This document shows, one piece after another, positions 27,797-37,919 of a stretch of DNA of 56,877 nt. Both the position numbers and the translations under genes were made by a program. The DNA is from a bacterium (GTDB lineage: Bacteria; Babelota; Babeliae; Babelales; JAUWHS01): the NCBI GenBank assembly GCA_030605785.1, contig JAUWHS010000065.1, forward strand, positions 1-56,877. The letters run 5' to 3'. The notes below the pieces were generated by a model that had not been told where the DNA came from, made no database searches, and was given only the letters and a program-made list of their open reading frames with translations. Numbering within the stretch: position 1 is the stretch's first letter; each line of letters opens with the position of its first letter.

Positions 27797-28312
27797 ATGA
27801 ATCGTCAGCAAAAAGAAGCGGCAGTTACAGATTTTAGGAGTTTGTTTTCAGGAGCAAAAGCTGCCTTTTTAGTTGGATATAAAGGTTTGACTGTTTCTCA
27901 AATGCAAGCCTTAAGGCGAGATTTAAGGAGCGTTGATAGTCTTTTAAAGATTACAAAAGCTCGCTTGATGAAGATCGCGGCAAAAGATGTTGAAGGTATT
28001 GATGGGTTTGTGGATCAATTTAAAGATCAGGTTGGTTTGGTTTTTTCGAATAATGAAGTTCCTCCAACAGCAAAAAAATTAGTTGAATTTACTAAAAACG
28101 GTGTACCGTTAACTATTTTAGCGGGCTTTTTTGAATCAAAAGTTTTATCCGGAAACGAGATAGATTTTCTTGCGAGTCTTCCGGCAAAAGATGTTTTATT
28201 GGCTCAGGTTGTTGGAACAATTCAGGCGCCAATTTCAGGTTTAGCTAGATTGTTGAATATGATGGTTATTCGTTTGCTTTATTGCTTAAAGGAGATTGAG
28301 GGTAAGAAGTAA
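27797..28312 (+). CDS. rplJ: 50S ribosomal protein L10
   Basis: Position between rplA and rplL. The N-terminus NRQQKEAAVTDF..GLTVSQMQALRRDLR is typical of L10. ATG 27797 lies downstream of AAGGGG. Confidence 0.9.
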   Translation: MNRQQKEAAVTDFRSLFSGAKAAFLVGYKGLTVSQMQALRRDLRSVDSLLKITKARLMKIAAKDVEGIDGFVDQFKDQVGLVFSNNEVPPTAKKLVEFTKNGVPLTILAGFFESKVLSGNEIDFLASLPAKDVLLAQVVGTIQAPISGLARLLNMMVIRLLYCLKEIEGKK

Positions 28313-28410
28313 TAAGATTATGATTGCGCGCTTATTTGTTTTTAGCGCTTATGTTTGTTGATGATTGAGAAATTGTATTTTCATATATTTGTTAGATGTG
28401 GGAGGCCTTT

Positions 28411-28797
28411 ATGGCAATTGAGAACAAAATAGAAGAAGTTGGTAAGTTAATCGATAAGTTATCTGTTATAGAGCTTGCGGAGCTTGTTAAATCTTTAGAA
28501 GATAGATATGGTGTTTCCGCAGCTGCGCCAGCCGCTGCTCCGGCCGCTGTTGTAAGTGATGCAGCCGTTCCGGCCGCAGAAGAAAAAACCGAATTTAAAG
28601 TTACTCTTAAAGAGATGGGTGGAGAAAAGATTAAAGTTATTAAGGCTTTAAGATCTGTTACATCTCTTTCTTTAAAAGAAGCAAAAGACTTGGTTGAAGC
28701 AGCTCCATCAGTTGTTGCTGAGTCAGTTTCTAAAGAAGATTCCAAAAAAATGAAAGAAGCATTGGAAGCAGCGGGAGCCAAAGTTGAGCTTTCGTAA
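28411..28797 (+). CDS. rplL: 50S ribosomal protein L7/L12
   Basis: Ala/Pro-rich hinge [12 protein letters not shown] and C-terminal domain [27 protein letters not shown] 28411 lies 5 nt after GGAGG. Confidence 0.95.
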   Translation: MAIENKIEEVGKLIDKLSVIELAELVKSLEDRYGVSAAAPAAAPAAVVSDAAVPAAEEKTEFKVTLKEMGGEKIKVIKALRSVTSLSLKEAKDLVEAAPSVVAESVSKEDSKKMKEALEAAGAKVELS

Positions 28798-28957
28798 AGC
28801 AAGATTTTTTATTTTTTTGTTAATATGCTTGGATCCGTCTTAAATGTTTTTATTTGGGACGGCGTCCATTTCTTGGCTTTTTTGTAAATCATATTTTATG
28901 AATGATTATTAGATGGTTGGTTAGAAATTTATCTATTTACGGTTGGGGAGCGATTTG

Positions 28958-31900
28958 ATGTCTCAATTTCTAGGAAAAATGGGTACTGTTAGAAAGAACT
29001 TTGGCAAGGTCAGAGAGATTGTTTCTTTGCCTAATTTAATTGAAATTCAGTCAAAGTCTTTTAATAATTTTGCTCAATTGGATGTTCTGCCTTCAGAAAG
29101 AAAAAATGTTGGGTTAGAAAAAGTATTAAAGGATATTTTTCCAGTGGAACATAGTGATCGTATTTCTTTGGAATATGTTAGTTATGAGTTAGGAACCTGG
29201 GAATGTGTTTGTGGCCAATTAAAAGGGATAGAAAATCGTTATAAATGGACATGTTCTTCTTGTAAAAAAAGTGGTTGTAGTAGATTAAAAGATGCTTGTG
29301 TTTGTCCTAAGTGTGGTAAAAAAACCGCCAGCTATATATCGTGTAAAAAATGTTTTTCCAGAGTAATTGTAAAAGTTGATACAGGATTAGATGAATGTCG
29401 TTATAGTGGCAAAACATATTCTATGCCATTAAAAGTTAAGATGCAGCTTGGCGCATGGGATATTGATCCGGAAACAAATACAAAGGTCATTAAGGATATA
29501 AAAGAACAGGAAGTTTTCTTTGCTGATTTACCTATAATGGTTGATTTGTATCAGGATGAATACGATACCTTTTTCTTGGGAAGTCAAGGAACGTTTCTTA
29601 TTAACGGTGTTGACCGAGTTGTTGTTAGTCAATTACATCGTTCTCCCGGGGTAATTTTTGGATTAAGTAGAAAAACAAAAGATTTTAGAGGTCAGCCGTC
29701 TCATATCGCGAGAATAATTCCAAGTCGTGGTTCGTGGTTAGATTTTGAATTTGATAGTAACGAATTATTGAATGTAAGAATTGACAAGAAAAAGAAAATT
29801 TTAGTTACGACTTTCTTGCAAGCTCTTGATATTAGTAGAAATGATATTTTATCTCTATTTTATAAGTTTGATAATATTGAATTTAAAGTTGGAAGCTTTT
29901 ATAGGAAAATAGATGATAATTTAATTGGCCAACGTCTAGAAGGGGATGCTCTTCCAACAAAAACTCTTGAAAAAGAAATTGGAATTGGTCATAGATTTAC
30001 AAAGGACATAATTTCTAAGCTACTAAAGAAAAAGGTAAAATCTCTAACCGTTAGGGCAAGTAGTTTAATTAATAGAATTTTAGCTGAAGATCTTATTGAT
30101 AATGAAACAGGAGAAATTTTAGTTGCTCAAGGAGAAATTCTAACTGAAGAGTTACTAGATAAAATTGTTTCTTTAGGTAATAGAACTTTAAGGTTTATTC
30201 AGTCTTCAGGTTATGCTTTTCAGCCAACAGTCGCTATTACATTATCACAGGATAGTGTTTTTTCTTATGAAGACGCGTTGAAAGAAGTTTATAGTAGGCT
30301 TCGTCCCGGTGATGTTCCAACTTTGGATACGATGAAAGAATATATAAATAATTTATTTTTCAATCCTCGTTTTTATGATTTAACTATTGTTGGTCGTATT
30401 CGCGCAAACAGAAAGCTTGATCTTAAAGTTGATGAATCCATTACACATTTAACTAAAGAAGATATTATCGCGACCATTCAATATTTGATTGGTTTAAAAG
30501 AACGCGGCGAAGGTGAATTAGATGATATTGATCATCTAGGGAACCGTTCGGTTAGACTTGTTGGAGAGCTATTACAAAGCCAAATTTATGTTGGTTTTGC
30601 GAGAATAGAAAGAATTATTAGAGAACGCTTTAGATTACAAGACAATTATACGGCTTTAATGCCTTATGATTTCTTAAATGTAAAACCATTAGCTGCTGTT
30701 TTGAGAGAGTTTTTTGGAACAGGGCAGTTATCACAATTTATGGATCAAACCAATCCCTTGGCCGAAATGGCGCACAAAAGAAGGTTATCTGCTCTTGGAC
30801 CCGGTGGTATTACAAGAGATCGCGCGACATTTGAAGTTCGGGACGTGCATAGTTCTCACTATGGTAGAATTTGTCCTATTGAAACACCTGAAGGTCAAAA
30901 TATTGGTCTTATTTCTTCTCTTTCTACATATGCAAAAGTTAATGAATTAGGTTTTATTGAAACTCCATATAGATCTGTTAAAAAAGGTGTTGTTCAGGAT
31001 GATATTTTATATTTGGATGCCTTTGAAGAAATAGGAAAAGCTATTGCTCAAGCATCAGTGCCCGTAGATTCCAAAGGTAAAATAAAAGATGAACAGGTTT
31101 TAGTTAGAAAAGATGGAAACATATCTTTAAATAGTTCAAGTGATGTTTCTTATGTAGACGCGTCACCAAAGCAATTAGTTTCTGTCGCGACAGCATTGAT
31201 TCCATTTTTAGAACATGATGACGCAAACCGCGCGCTTATGGGTTCAAACATGCAACGACAAGCCGTACCTCTTATTAAATGTCAGGCTCCTATGATTGGA
31301 ACCGGAATGGAAGTAGATATTGGTTCTGTTGAAGGTGGCAGTGTTATTGCTAAGAATTCCGGTGTTGTTGAATATGTTTCGGGTGATCGAATTGTAATTC
31401 AAATTGATGAAAAAGGTGAAAATGATAAGAGTTGGGTTTCGCATCCAATTGATATTTATAAATTAAAGAAATTTGCGAGATCTAGTCATAATACTTGGAT
31501 TCAAAATACTTCTTTGGTTCGTGTTGGCGATAGAATTGAAAAAGGTGATGTTATTGCTGATGGCGCTGCTGTTTACAATGGGGAGCTTGCTTTAGGAAGT
31601 AATGTATTAGTTGCTTTTATGCCATGGCAAGGTTACAACTTTGAAGACGCGATACTTGTGAGTAAACGATTTGTGAGTGAAGATGTTTTCAGCTCTGTTC
31701 ATATAGTAGAATTTGTTGTTGAAGCTAGAGAAACAAAATTAGGAGCTGAAGAAATTACAAAAGATATTCCAAATGTCGGTGAAAAAGAACTTGAAGCTTT
31801 AGATGAAGATGGAATTGTTCGTGTTGGAACGCGAGTAAAGCCGGGGGATATTTTAGTTGGAAAAGTTACTCTAAAAGGGGATGTTCAAGTTTCTCCGGAA

Positions 31901-33247
31901 GAAAAATTATTGCGAGCTATTTTTGGTGAGAAATCAAGAGAAGTTCGAGATACTTCTTTACGAGTACCACCGGGAGTTGAAGCAACTGTTACAGATGTAA
32001 AAGTTTTTTCCAGAAGTGGTATTAGAAAAGATAAGCGATATAAAGATATTGTTGTAAAGGAATCTCAAAAGATTGAAGATGATTTTGATTATCAGGTTGC
32101 AATTCTCGAAAAAAGATTTAGAGAAAAGTTGTTTGGATTTTTGAAAGGCGACATTTCATCAAGTAAATTTGAAAAATTAACATTAGAGCAGTTGTTTGAA
32201 ACTAAAACAGGTAAAAAGCAGATAGATTCTAAAATAAAAGAATATAAAGATATTTGGCAAAATCAGATTCATGTTTTAACCGCTCTGAAAGAAGAAAAGA
32301 TTAGTAAGTTAAGAAAAGGTGATGAATTGCCATCCGGTGTTATCAAAATGATAAAGGTTTATGTTGCGGCAAAAAGACATTTATCTGTTGGTGACAAAAT
32401 GGCTGGCCGACATGGTAACAAAGGTGTTGTTTCAAGAATCGCGAGATTTGAAGATATGCCTTACATGGAAGATGGTACACCTGTTGATATTGTTCTTAAT
32501 CCACTAGGTGTTCCGGGTCGTATGAACTTGGGGCAAATATTAGAGACTTTGCTTGGTATGGCCGGACGAAAAATGGGTAATGATTTAGCTAAACAAATAA
32601 ATGATTTGAGCAATAAAGAATTGAAGTCTCGTTTGGTTGGATATTATGGCAATGAAATTGTTGACTCCTTAGAAAAAACTAGTGGTAAAGAAGCTTTATT
32701 TGAATTGGCAAAAAAGACAGCAGCAAAAGGTGTTTATATGAGCACACCTATTTTTGATGGCGCTGATTACAATAAAGAGGTTAAGCCTTTATTAGGTAGT
32801 TTAGGATTGTCTGAAAGCGGAACTTACAAACTTTATGATGGTTGTACAGGTGTTCCTTTTGACCAGGAAGTGACAGTTGGTTTCATTTATATGATGAAAC
32901 TTAATCACTTGGCTGATGATAAATTACATGCTAGATCGGTTGGTCCTTATTCTTTAATAACTCAACAACCTTTGGGGGGTAAGGCGCAGTTTGGGGGACA
33001 AAGGCTAGGAGAGATGGAAGTGTGGGCATTATATTCATATGGCGCTGCTTATACGTTGCAAGAAATGTTAACCGTTAAGTCAGATGATGTTAATGGTCGC
33101 ATAAAAACATATGAAGCAATTGTTCGAGGTGATGAAATACCGGAACCTGGAATTCCAGAATCTTTTAATGTTTTTGTCAAAGAGCTTCAGAGCTTGTCGT
33201 TACAAGTTGATTTATTTAAAGCTAATAAGGAGCAAGTCAGTGAGTAA
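28958..33247 (+). CDS. rpoB: DNA-directed RNA polymerase beta subunit, with an N-terminal Cys-rich insertion
   Basis: Conserved blocks RSPGVIF, GNRSVRLVGELLQ, HKRRLSALGPGG, HYGRICPIETPEGQNIGLI, NMQRQAVPL, GRHGNKGVVS and GGQRLGEMEVWAL. ATG 28958 lies 7 nt after GGGGAG. Confidence 0.97.
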   Translation: MSQFLGKMGTVRKNFGKVREIVSLPNLIEIQSKSFNNFAQLDVLPSERKNVGLEKVLKDIFPVEHSDRISLEYVSYELGTWECVCGQLKGIENRYKWTCSSCKKSGCSRLKDACVCPKCGKKTASYISCKKCFSRVIVKVDTGLDECRYSGKTYSMPLKVKMQLGAWDIDPETNTKVIKDIKEQEVFFADLPIMVDLYQDEYDTFFLGSQGTFLINGVDRVVVSQLHRSPGVIFGLSRKTKDFRGQPSHIARIIPSRGSWLDFEFDSNELLNVRIDKKKKILVTTFLQALDISRNDILSLFYKFDNIEFKVGSFYRKIDDNLIGQRLEGDALPTKTLEKEIGIGHRFTKDIISKLLKKKVKSLTVRASSLINRILAEDLIDNETGEILVAQGEILTEELLDKIVSLGNRTLRFIQSSGYAFQPTVAITLSQDSVFSYEDALKEVYSRLRPGDVPTLDTMKEYINNLFFNPRFYDLTIVGRIRANRKLDLKVDESITHLTKEDIIATIQYLIGLKERGEGELDDIDHLGNRSVRLVGELLQSQIYVGFARIERIIRERFRLQDNYTALMPYDFLNVKPLAAVLREFFGTGQLSQFMDQTNPLAEMAHKRRLSALGPGGITRDRATFEVRDVHSSHYGRICPIETPEGQNIGLISSLSTYAKVNELGFIETPYRSVKKGVVQDDILYLDAFEEIGKAIAQASVPVDSKGKIKDEQVLVRKDGNISLNSSSDVSYVDASPKQLVSVATALIPFLEHDDANRALMGSNMQRQAVPLIKCQAPMIGTGMEVDIGSVEGGSVIAKNSGVVEYVSGDRIVIQIDEKGENDKSWVSHPIDIYKLKKFARSSHNTWIQNTSLVRVGDRIEKGDVIADGAAVYNGELALGSNVLVAFMPWQGYNFEDAILVSKRFVSEDVFSSVHIVEFVVEARETKLGAEEITKDIPNVGEKELEALDEDGIVRVGTRVKPGDILVGKVTLKGDVQVSPEEKLLRAIFGEKSREVRDTSLRVPPGVEATVTDVKVFSRSGIRKDKRYKDIVVKESQKIEDDFDYQVAILEKRFREKLFGFLKGDISSSKFEKLTLEQLFETKTGKKQIDSKIKEYKDIWQNQIHVLTALKEEKISKLRKGDELPSGVIKMIKVYVAAKRHLSVGDKMAGRHGNKGVVSRIARFEDMPYMEDGTPVDIVLNPLGVPGRMNLGQILETLLGMAGRKMGNDLAKQINDLSNKELKSRLVGYYGNEIVDSLEKTSGKEALFELAKKTAAKGVYMSTPIFDGADYNKEVKPLLGSLGLSESGTYKLYDGCTGVPFDQEVTVGFIYMMKLNHLADDKLHARSVGPYSLITQQPLGGKAQFGGQRLGEMEVWALYSYGAAYTLQEMLTVKSDDVNGRIKTYEAIVRGDEIPEPGIPESFNVFVKELQSLSLQVDLFKANKEQVSE

Positions 33248-36200
33248 CAGAATATTAGAACGTTTTAAAGAATATATAAACGCGTCTCAGTTTAACGCGA
33301 TTAAGATAAGTATTGCTTCTCCTGAGAAAATAAAATCCTTATCTTATGGTGAAGTTAAAAAGATAGAAACTATAAACTATAGAACTCTAAAACCGGAGAG
33401 AGACGGTTTATTTTGCGCGCGAATTTTTGGTCCTGTAAAGGATTGGGAATGTAATTGCGGAAAATATAAACGAATGAAACACCGTGGTGTTACATGTGAA
33501 AAATGTGGTGTTGAAGTAATTCAATCAAAGGTTCGTAGAGAGCGAATGGGACATGTTAATTTAGTTTCTCCTGTATGTCACATTTGGTATTTAAAAGGAA
33601 TTCCAAGTTATTTAAGTTTGATTTTGGGAATGACCATAAAGGATTTAGAGCGAGTTATTTATTTTGATAGTTACATTGTGTTGCATCAAGGTAATTCTCC
33701 TTATCCTCAAAAAACATTACTTTCCGCGCAACAGTATGAAGAATATGTTGATGCCCATCCGGAGGATACTGTTTTTAAAGGTGATATGGGCGCTGAGGCA
33801 ATCAGAATTCTTCTTTCAATGATTGATTTAAATTTTGAAGTTCGAAAAATTGAACAAGATTATGAACAATCGACTTCAGTTGCGGTTAAACATAAATTGG
33901 CAAAAAGATATAAAGTTTTGTCCGGAATGTTAAAAGCGAATATTAGACCTGAATGGGTTATTTTAGAAGTTCTCCCTGTTCTTCCTCCTGACTTAAGACC
34001 TTTGGTTCCACTGGAAGGTGGAAGATTTGCCAGTTCAGATTTAAATGATTTATATCGACGTGTTCTCAATAGGAATATTAGATTGCGTCGCTTAATTGAA
34101 TTAGAAGCTCCGGATGTCATTATAAAAAATGAAAAAAGAATGCTTCAAGAGTCTGTTGATGCTTTAATTGATAATGGTCGACGTGGTCAACCCGTAAAAG
34201 GCTCAAACAAAAGACCTCTTAAATCTTTAAGTGAAATGTTAAGAGGTAAGCAAGGTAGATTTAGGCAAAATCTTCTTGGTAAGCGTGTTGATTACTCAGG
34301 TCGCTCAGTGATTGTTGTTGATCCTGAATTACACCTTAGTCAATGTGGGTTGCCGAAATTGATGGCTTTAGAGCTCTTTAAACCTTTTGTTTATGTTGAA
34401 TTACAAAGACGCGAACTTGCTTCTAATTTAAGAGTTGCGAAGAGAATGGTAGAAGAAATGCTCCCGGAAGTTTGGGAAGCTTTAGAAGTTGTTGTTAAAG
34501 ATAGACCGGTTCTTTTAAATCGCGCTCCAACATTACACCGTTTAGGGATTCAAGCCTTTTATCCTATTTTGGTTGAAGGTAAGGCTATTAAAATTCATCC
34601 GTTAGTTTGTACCGCTTTTAACGCGGACTTTGACGGTGACCAGATGGCTGTTCACGTATTGTTAAGTAAAAGAGCATGTATTGAAGCGGAAAAATTAATT
34701 CTTTCAACTAAAAATATTTTGTCTCCATCGAGTGGAAAACCTTTGACCGTCCCAAGTCAAGATATGGTTCTTGGATTGTATTTTTTAACCAAAGGTAAAA
34801 AAAATGTAAAAGGCGAGGGCTTAACATTTTCAGGTATAGATGAGCTTGTTTTTGCTTATCAAAGAGGAGATGTTAATATTCAGGCGCATGTTCGCTTGAG
34901 ATTGAAATCAGGGCGAATTATTGATACAACCATTGGAAGAGCTTTATTATACGAGACATTACCGGAAGATACTGAATTTGAGTGGGTAAATAAAGCTGTT
35001 AAGAAAAAAGATTTATCAAAATTAATTGCTAGAGTATATAAAACTTTTGGAATGGAAAAAACGGTTGAATCCCTAGATAAAATTAAATCTTTGGGATTTT
35101 CCAATGCAACATATGCGGGAATTTCTTTGTCTATGGAAGATTTAATTATTCCGGATTCTAAAAAAGAAGTAGTAAAAAAAGCAAAAGAAAGTGTTGCTAG
35201 GATTGAAGGTCTTTATAGGGATGGCGCGATCACAAATGGTGAGCGTTACAATAATGTTATTCAGATTTGGGCTAGAGCAACGGAAGAAGTTGCGAATGAT
35301 ATGATTTCAGAATTAGAAACTCAGGATATATCTGCCGGATTAAATAAAGATAAAGAAAATAAACCCTTTAATCCTGTATTTATGATGTTAGATTCCGGAG
35401 CTCGTGGATCTAGACAGCAAATAAGACAGTTAGGCGCCATGAGAGGATTGATGGCAAAACCGTCAGGTGAAATCCTTGAAACTCCGGTTCTTGCGAACTT
35501 TAAAGATGGTTTAAATGTTTTTGAGTATTTTGTTTCTACTCACGGGGCTAGAAAGGGTTTGGCTGATACGGCATTGAAAACCGCTGACTCCGGTTATTTA
35601 ACAAGAAGACTTGTTGATGTGGCTCAAGATGTTGTTGTTACGCAGCAGGATTGTAATACTTTAGGTTATATTACATTAAAAGATCTTAAAGAATCCGGAG
35701 AGATTATTCTAGCGGTCGCAGACAGAATTCTTGGTAGAATTTTAGCTGAAGATGTTAAAGATCCCTTGACTGGAAAATTGATTGCGGCGCAAGGTGAAAT
35801 GGTAACAGATAATGTTGTTGAAAAAGTTAGAGACTCTGCTGTTACACGAGTTGCTGTTCGTTCTTCTCTAACATGTCGTGCAAGGCGTGGTGTGTGCGCA
35901 AAATGTTATGGCATGGATTTATCTGCAAGTAGATTGGTAGAGCTTGGTGTAGCGGTTGGAATTATCGCGGCGCAATCTATTGGTGAACCTGGAACGCAGC
36001 TCACGATGAGGACGTTCCATATTGGTGGTACCGCCAGTGGTTTGATTGAACAAAACTTTCATAAATCTCACTTTGACGGAAAAATAAAATTCAAAGGTGT
36101 TCATATTGTTCAGAATAGAGATGGCGAATGGATTGCTATAAACCGAAAAGGTCGAATAGCTATTGTCGCTGATGATGGAAGAGAATTAGAAGAATATAAA

Positions 36201-37364
36201 TTACTATATGGTACGAAATTACTTGTTGAAGATGGCGCGACGGTAAAGAAAGGTGATAAGCTTGCAGAATGGGGTATCTTACAAGTAATTTTAACTGAAA
36301 AAGCAGGTAGGATACAATATGTTGATTTGGTAGAAAATGTTACTTACCGAGTTCAATATGATGAGGCAACTAAACAATCTAAAAAAATAATATTAGAAAA
36401 GAAAGATGAAAAACGTCAACCTTGTCTTGTTGTAGAAGACAAACAAGGAAATGAAGAAGGACGTTATTATCTTCCAACCGGCGCGGTTATCGCGGTCGAA
36501 GATAACGCGGAGATTTTACCGGGTGATGTTTTAGCAAGACTTCCAAAAGAAATAAATAGAACAAAGGATATTACGGGAGGTTTGCCTAGAGTCGCTGAAT
36601 TGTTTGAAGCTAGAATACCAAAAGATATTGCTGTTATTAGTGAAGCTGATGGTGTTGTTAAATTTGGTGGTTTGCATAGAGGTCAACGAAGAATTACTGT
36701 TACAACTGATGATGGTGAAACATTTGAATATAGTATTCCCAGAAGTAAGAATTTAAATATTGAAGATGGAGAAGAAGTAAAAGCGGGTGATCTTTTAACT
36801 TCCGGTACTTCCAATTTACACGATATTTTAAGAATTTTAGGTCCGGATGAAGCTCAAGAAGCTCTTGTGAATGAAGTTCAGGAAATTTATCAACTTCAGG
36901 GTGTTGATATTAATGACAAACACCTTGAAATGATTGTTAAACAAATGCTTAGAAAAGTTCTCATTACGGATTCAGGTGATACAAGTTTTGTTGTTGGTGA
37001 TCGGGTTGATAAACTTCAATTACAATTCGTTAATAATTTGCTCATGAAAGAGGGTAAAAAAATCGCAACAGCGAAACCCCTTTTAATGGGTATAACAAAA
37101 GCTTCTTTGGGTACGGAAAGTTTTATTTCAGCCGCGTCTTTCCAAGAAACAACAAGAGTATTAACTGAGGCTTCAATAAGAGGTGAAGTTGATAATTTAT
37201 ATGGATTGAAAGAAAATGTTGTAATTGGTAAACTTATACCTGCCGGAACCGGTATTCCTTCTTTTAAAGCTAAATATTTGGGTGAAGATATTTCTGATTT
37301 GGAACAACAAGCTCGAAAAGAAGAAGAATTGGAAATTGGATTGGATAATATTTCTTTAGATTGA
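33240..37364 (+). CDS. rpoC: DNA-directed RNA polymerase beta-prime subunit
   Basis: GTG start 33240 follows AAGGAG and overlaps the rpoB stop by 8 nt. Zinc-binding WECNCGKYKRMKHRGVTCEKCG, catalytic NADFDGDQMAVH, and a second zinc site CRARRGVCAKC. Confidence 0.97.
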   Translation: MSNRILERFKEYINASQFNAIKISIASPEKIKSLSYGEVKKIETINYRTLKPERDGLFCARIFGPVKDWECNCGKYKRMKHRGVTCEKCGVEVIQSKVRRERMGHVNLVSPVCHIWYLKGIPSYLSLILGMTIKDLERVIYFDSYIVLHQGNSPYPQKTLLSAQQYEEYVDAHPEDTVFKGDMGAEAIRILLSMIDLNFEVRKIEQDYEQSTSVAVKHKLAKRYKVLSGMLKANIRPEWVILEVLPVLPPDLRPLVPLEGGRFASSDLNDLYRRVLNRNIRLRRLIELEAPDVIIKNEKRMLQESVDALIDNGRRGQPVKGSNKRPLKSLSEMLRGKQGRFRQNLLGKRVDYSGRSVIVVDPELHLSQCGLPKLMALELFKPFVYVELQRRELASNLRVAKRMVEEMLPEVWEALEVVVKDRPVLLNRAPTLHRLGIQAFYPILVEGKAIKIHPLVCTAFNADFDGDQMAVHVLLSKRACIEAEKLILSTKNILSPSSGKPLTVPSQDMVLGLYFLTKGKKNVKGEGLTFSGIDELVFAYQRGDVNIQAHVRLRLKSGRIIDTTIGRALLYETLPEDTEFEWVNKAVKKKDLSKLIARVYKTFGMEKTVESLDKIKSLGFSNATYAGISLSMEDLIIPDSKKEVVKKAKESVARIEGLYRDGAITNGERYNNVIQIWARATEEVANDMISELETQDISAGLNKDKENKPFNPVFMMLDSGARGSRQQIRQLGAMRGLMAKPSGEILETPVLANFKDGLNVFEYFVSTHGARKGLADTALKTADSGYLTRRLVDVAQDVVVTQQDCNTLGYITLKDLKESGEIILAVADRILGRILAEDVKDPLTGKLIAAQGEMVTDNVVEKVRDSAVTRVAVRSSLTCRARRGVCAKCYGMDLSASRLVELGVAVGIIAAQSIGEPGTQLTMRTFHIGGTASGLIEQNFHKSHFDGKIKFKGVHIVQNRDGEWIAINRKGRIAIVADDGRELEEYKLLYGTKLLVEDGATVKKGDKLAEWGILQVILTEKAGRIQYVDLVENVTYRVQYDEATKQSKKIILEKKDEKRQPCLVVEDKQGNEEGRYYLPTGAVIAVEDNAEILPGDVLARLPKEINRTKDITGGLPRVAELFEARIPKDIAVISEADGVVKFGGLHRGQRRITVTTDDGETFEYSIPRSKNLNIEDGEEVKAGDLLTSGTSNLHDILRILGPDEAQEALVNEVQEIYQLQGVDINDKHLEMIVKQMLRKVLITDSGDTSFVVGDRVDKLQLQFVNNLLMKEGKKIATAKPLLMGITKASLGTESFISAASFQETTRVLTEASIRGEVDNLYGLKENVVIGKLIPAGTGIPSFKAKYLGEDISDLEQQARKEEELEIGLDNISLD

Positions 37365-37446
37365 AATTAAAAAAATCATTCTTAAACAAGTTTCCATCTT
37401 TGCGAAAATCGTTTTGGTGGATAAACAGGATGATAAAAAAGTAGGA

Positions 37447-37521
37447 AGGCGCGTAGCTCAGGGGTAGAGCATTGCTTTGACGTAGCAAGGGTCAGCGGTT
37501 CGATTCCGCTCGTGCCTACCA
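37447..37521 (+). tRNA. tRNA-Val (anticodon GAC)
   Basis: AGGCGCG / GCTC-AGGGGTA-GAGC / TTGCT-TTGACGT-AGCAA / AGCGG-TTCGATT-CCGCT / CGTGCCT-A-CCA. Confidence 0.85.
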
Positions 37522-37575
37522 TGTTAAAAAGTTAAGTTGTTTTTATGTTGATAGTATCAACTGGAGTTTTATTTT

Positions 37576-37863
37576 ATGTTGAATAACGAGATCAAAAGTA
37601 AGATCATAGGAAAATATGCTAAGTCCGGGAGTGACACAGGTTCGAGCGAAGTTCAAATTGGTATTTTAAGTGAAAGAATTAAGCAAGTTAACGGGCACTT
37701 AAAATTGTTTCCAAAAGATAACCATTCTAGAAGAGGTTTACTTAAAATGGTTGGGAAAAGAAGAACCTTTTTGAATTATCTAAAAAAAAATGACAATGAA
37801 AGTTTTGTAAAAGTACAAAAGCTTGCATTTGAAAAAACACCGAAACTTGTCGATGCAAAATAA
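37576..37863 (+). CDS. rpsO: 30S ribosomal protein S15
   Basis: [46 protein letters not shown]. Confidence 0.95.
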   Translation: MLNNEIKSKIIGKYAKSGSDTGSSEVQIGILSERIKQVNGHLKLFPKDNHSRRGLLKMVGKRRTFLNYLKKNDNESFVKVQKLAFEKTPKLVDAK

Positions 37864-37919
37864 TTATATTTTAATTTTTATTCGCAACTTTGGTTGCATA
37901 ATTCAAAACGGGGTTATTC

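Noticed and set aside
28392-28802. 136-aa minus-strand ORF opposite rplL
   Set aside because: It is an antisense shadow of the highly conserved L7/L12 gene. Its low-complexity Ala/Ser composition mirrors the Ala-rich hinge.
28831-28895. A possible rplL-rpoB attenuator hairpin (GGATCCGTC...GACGGCGTCC followed by GGCTTTTTT)
   Set aside because: The stem is interrupted by a bulge, has an 18-nt loop, and is separated from the T-run. It is plausible by analogy with the E. coli rplL-rpoB attenuator, but too weak to call from sequence alone.
33111-33239. N-terminal 43-aa extension of rpoC suggested by the ORF track (start at 33111)
   Set aside because: It lies entirely within the 3' end of rpoB in another frame. 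Conserved beta-prime sequence begins at the GTG at 33240, which is preceded by AAGGAG.
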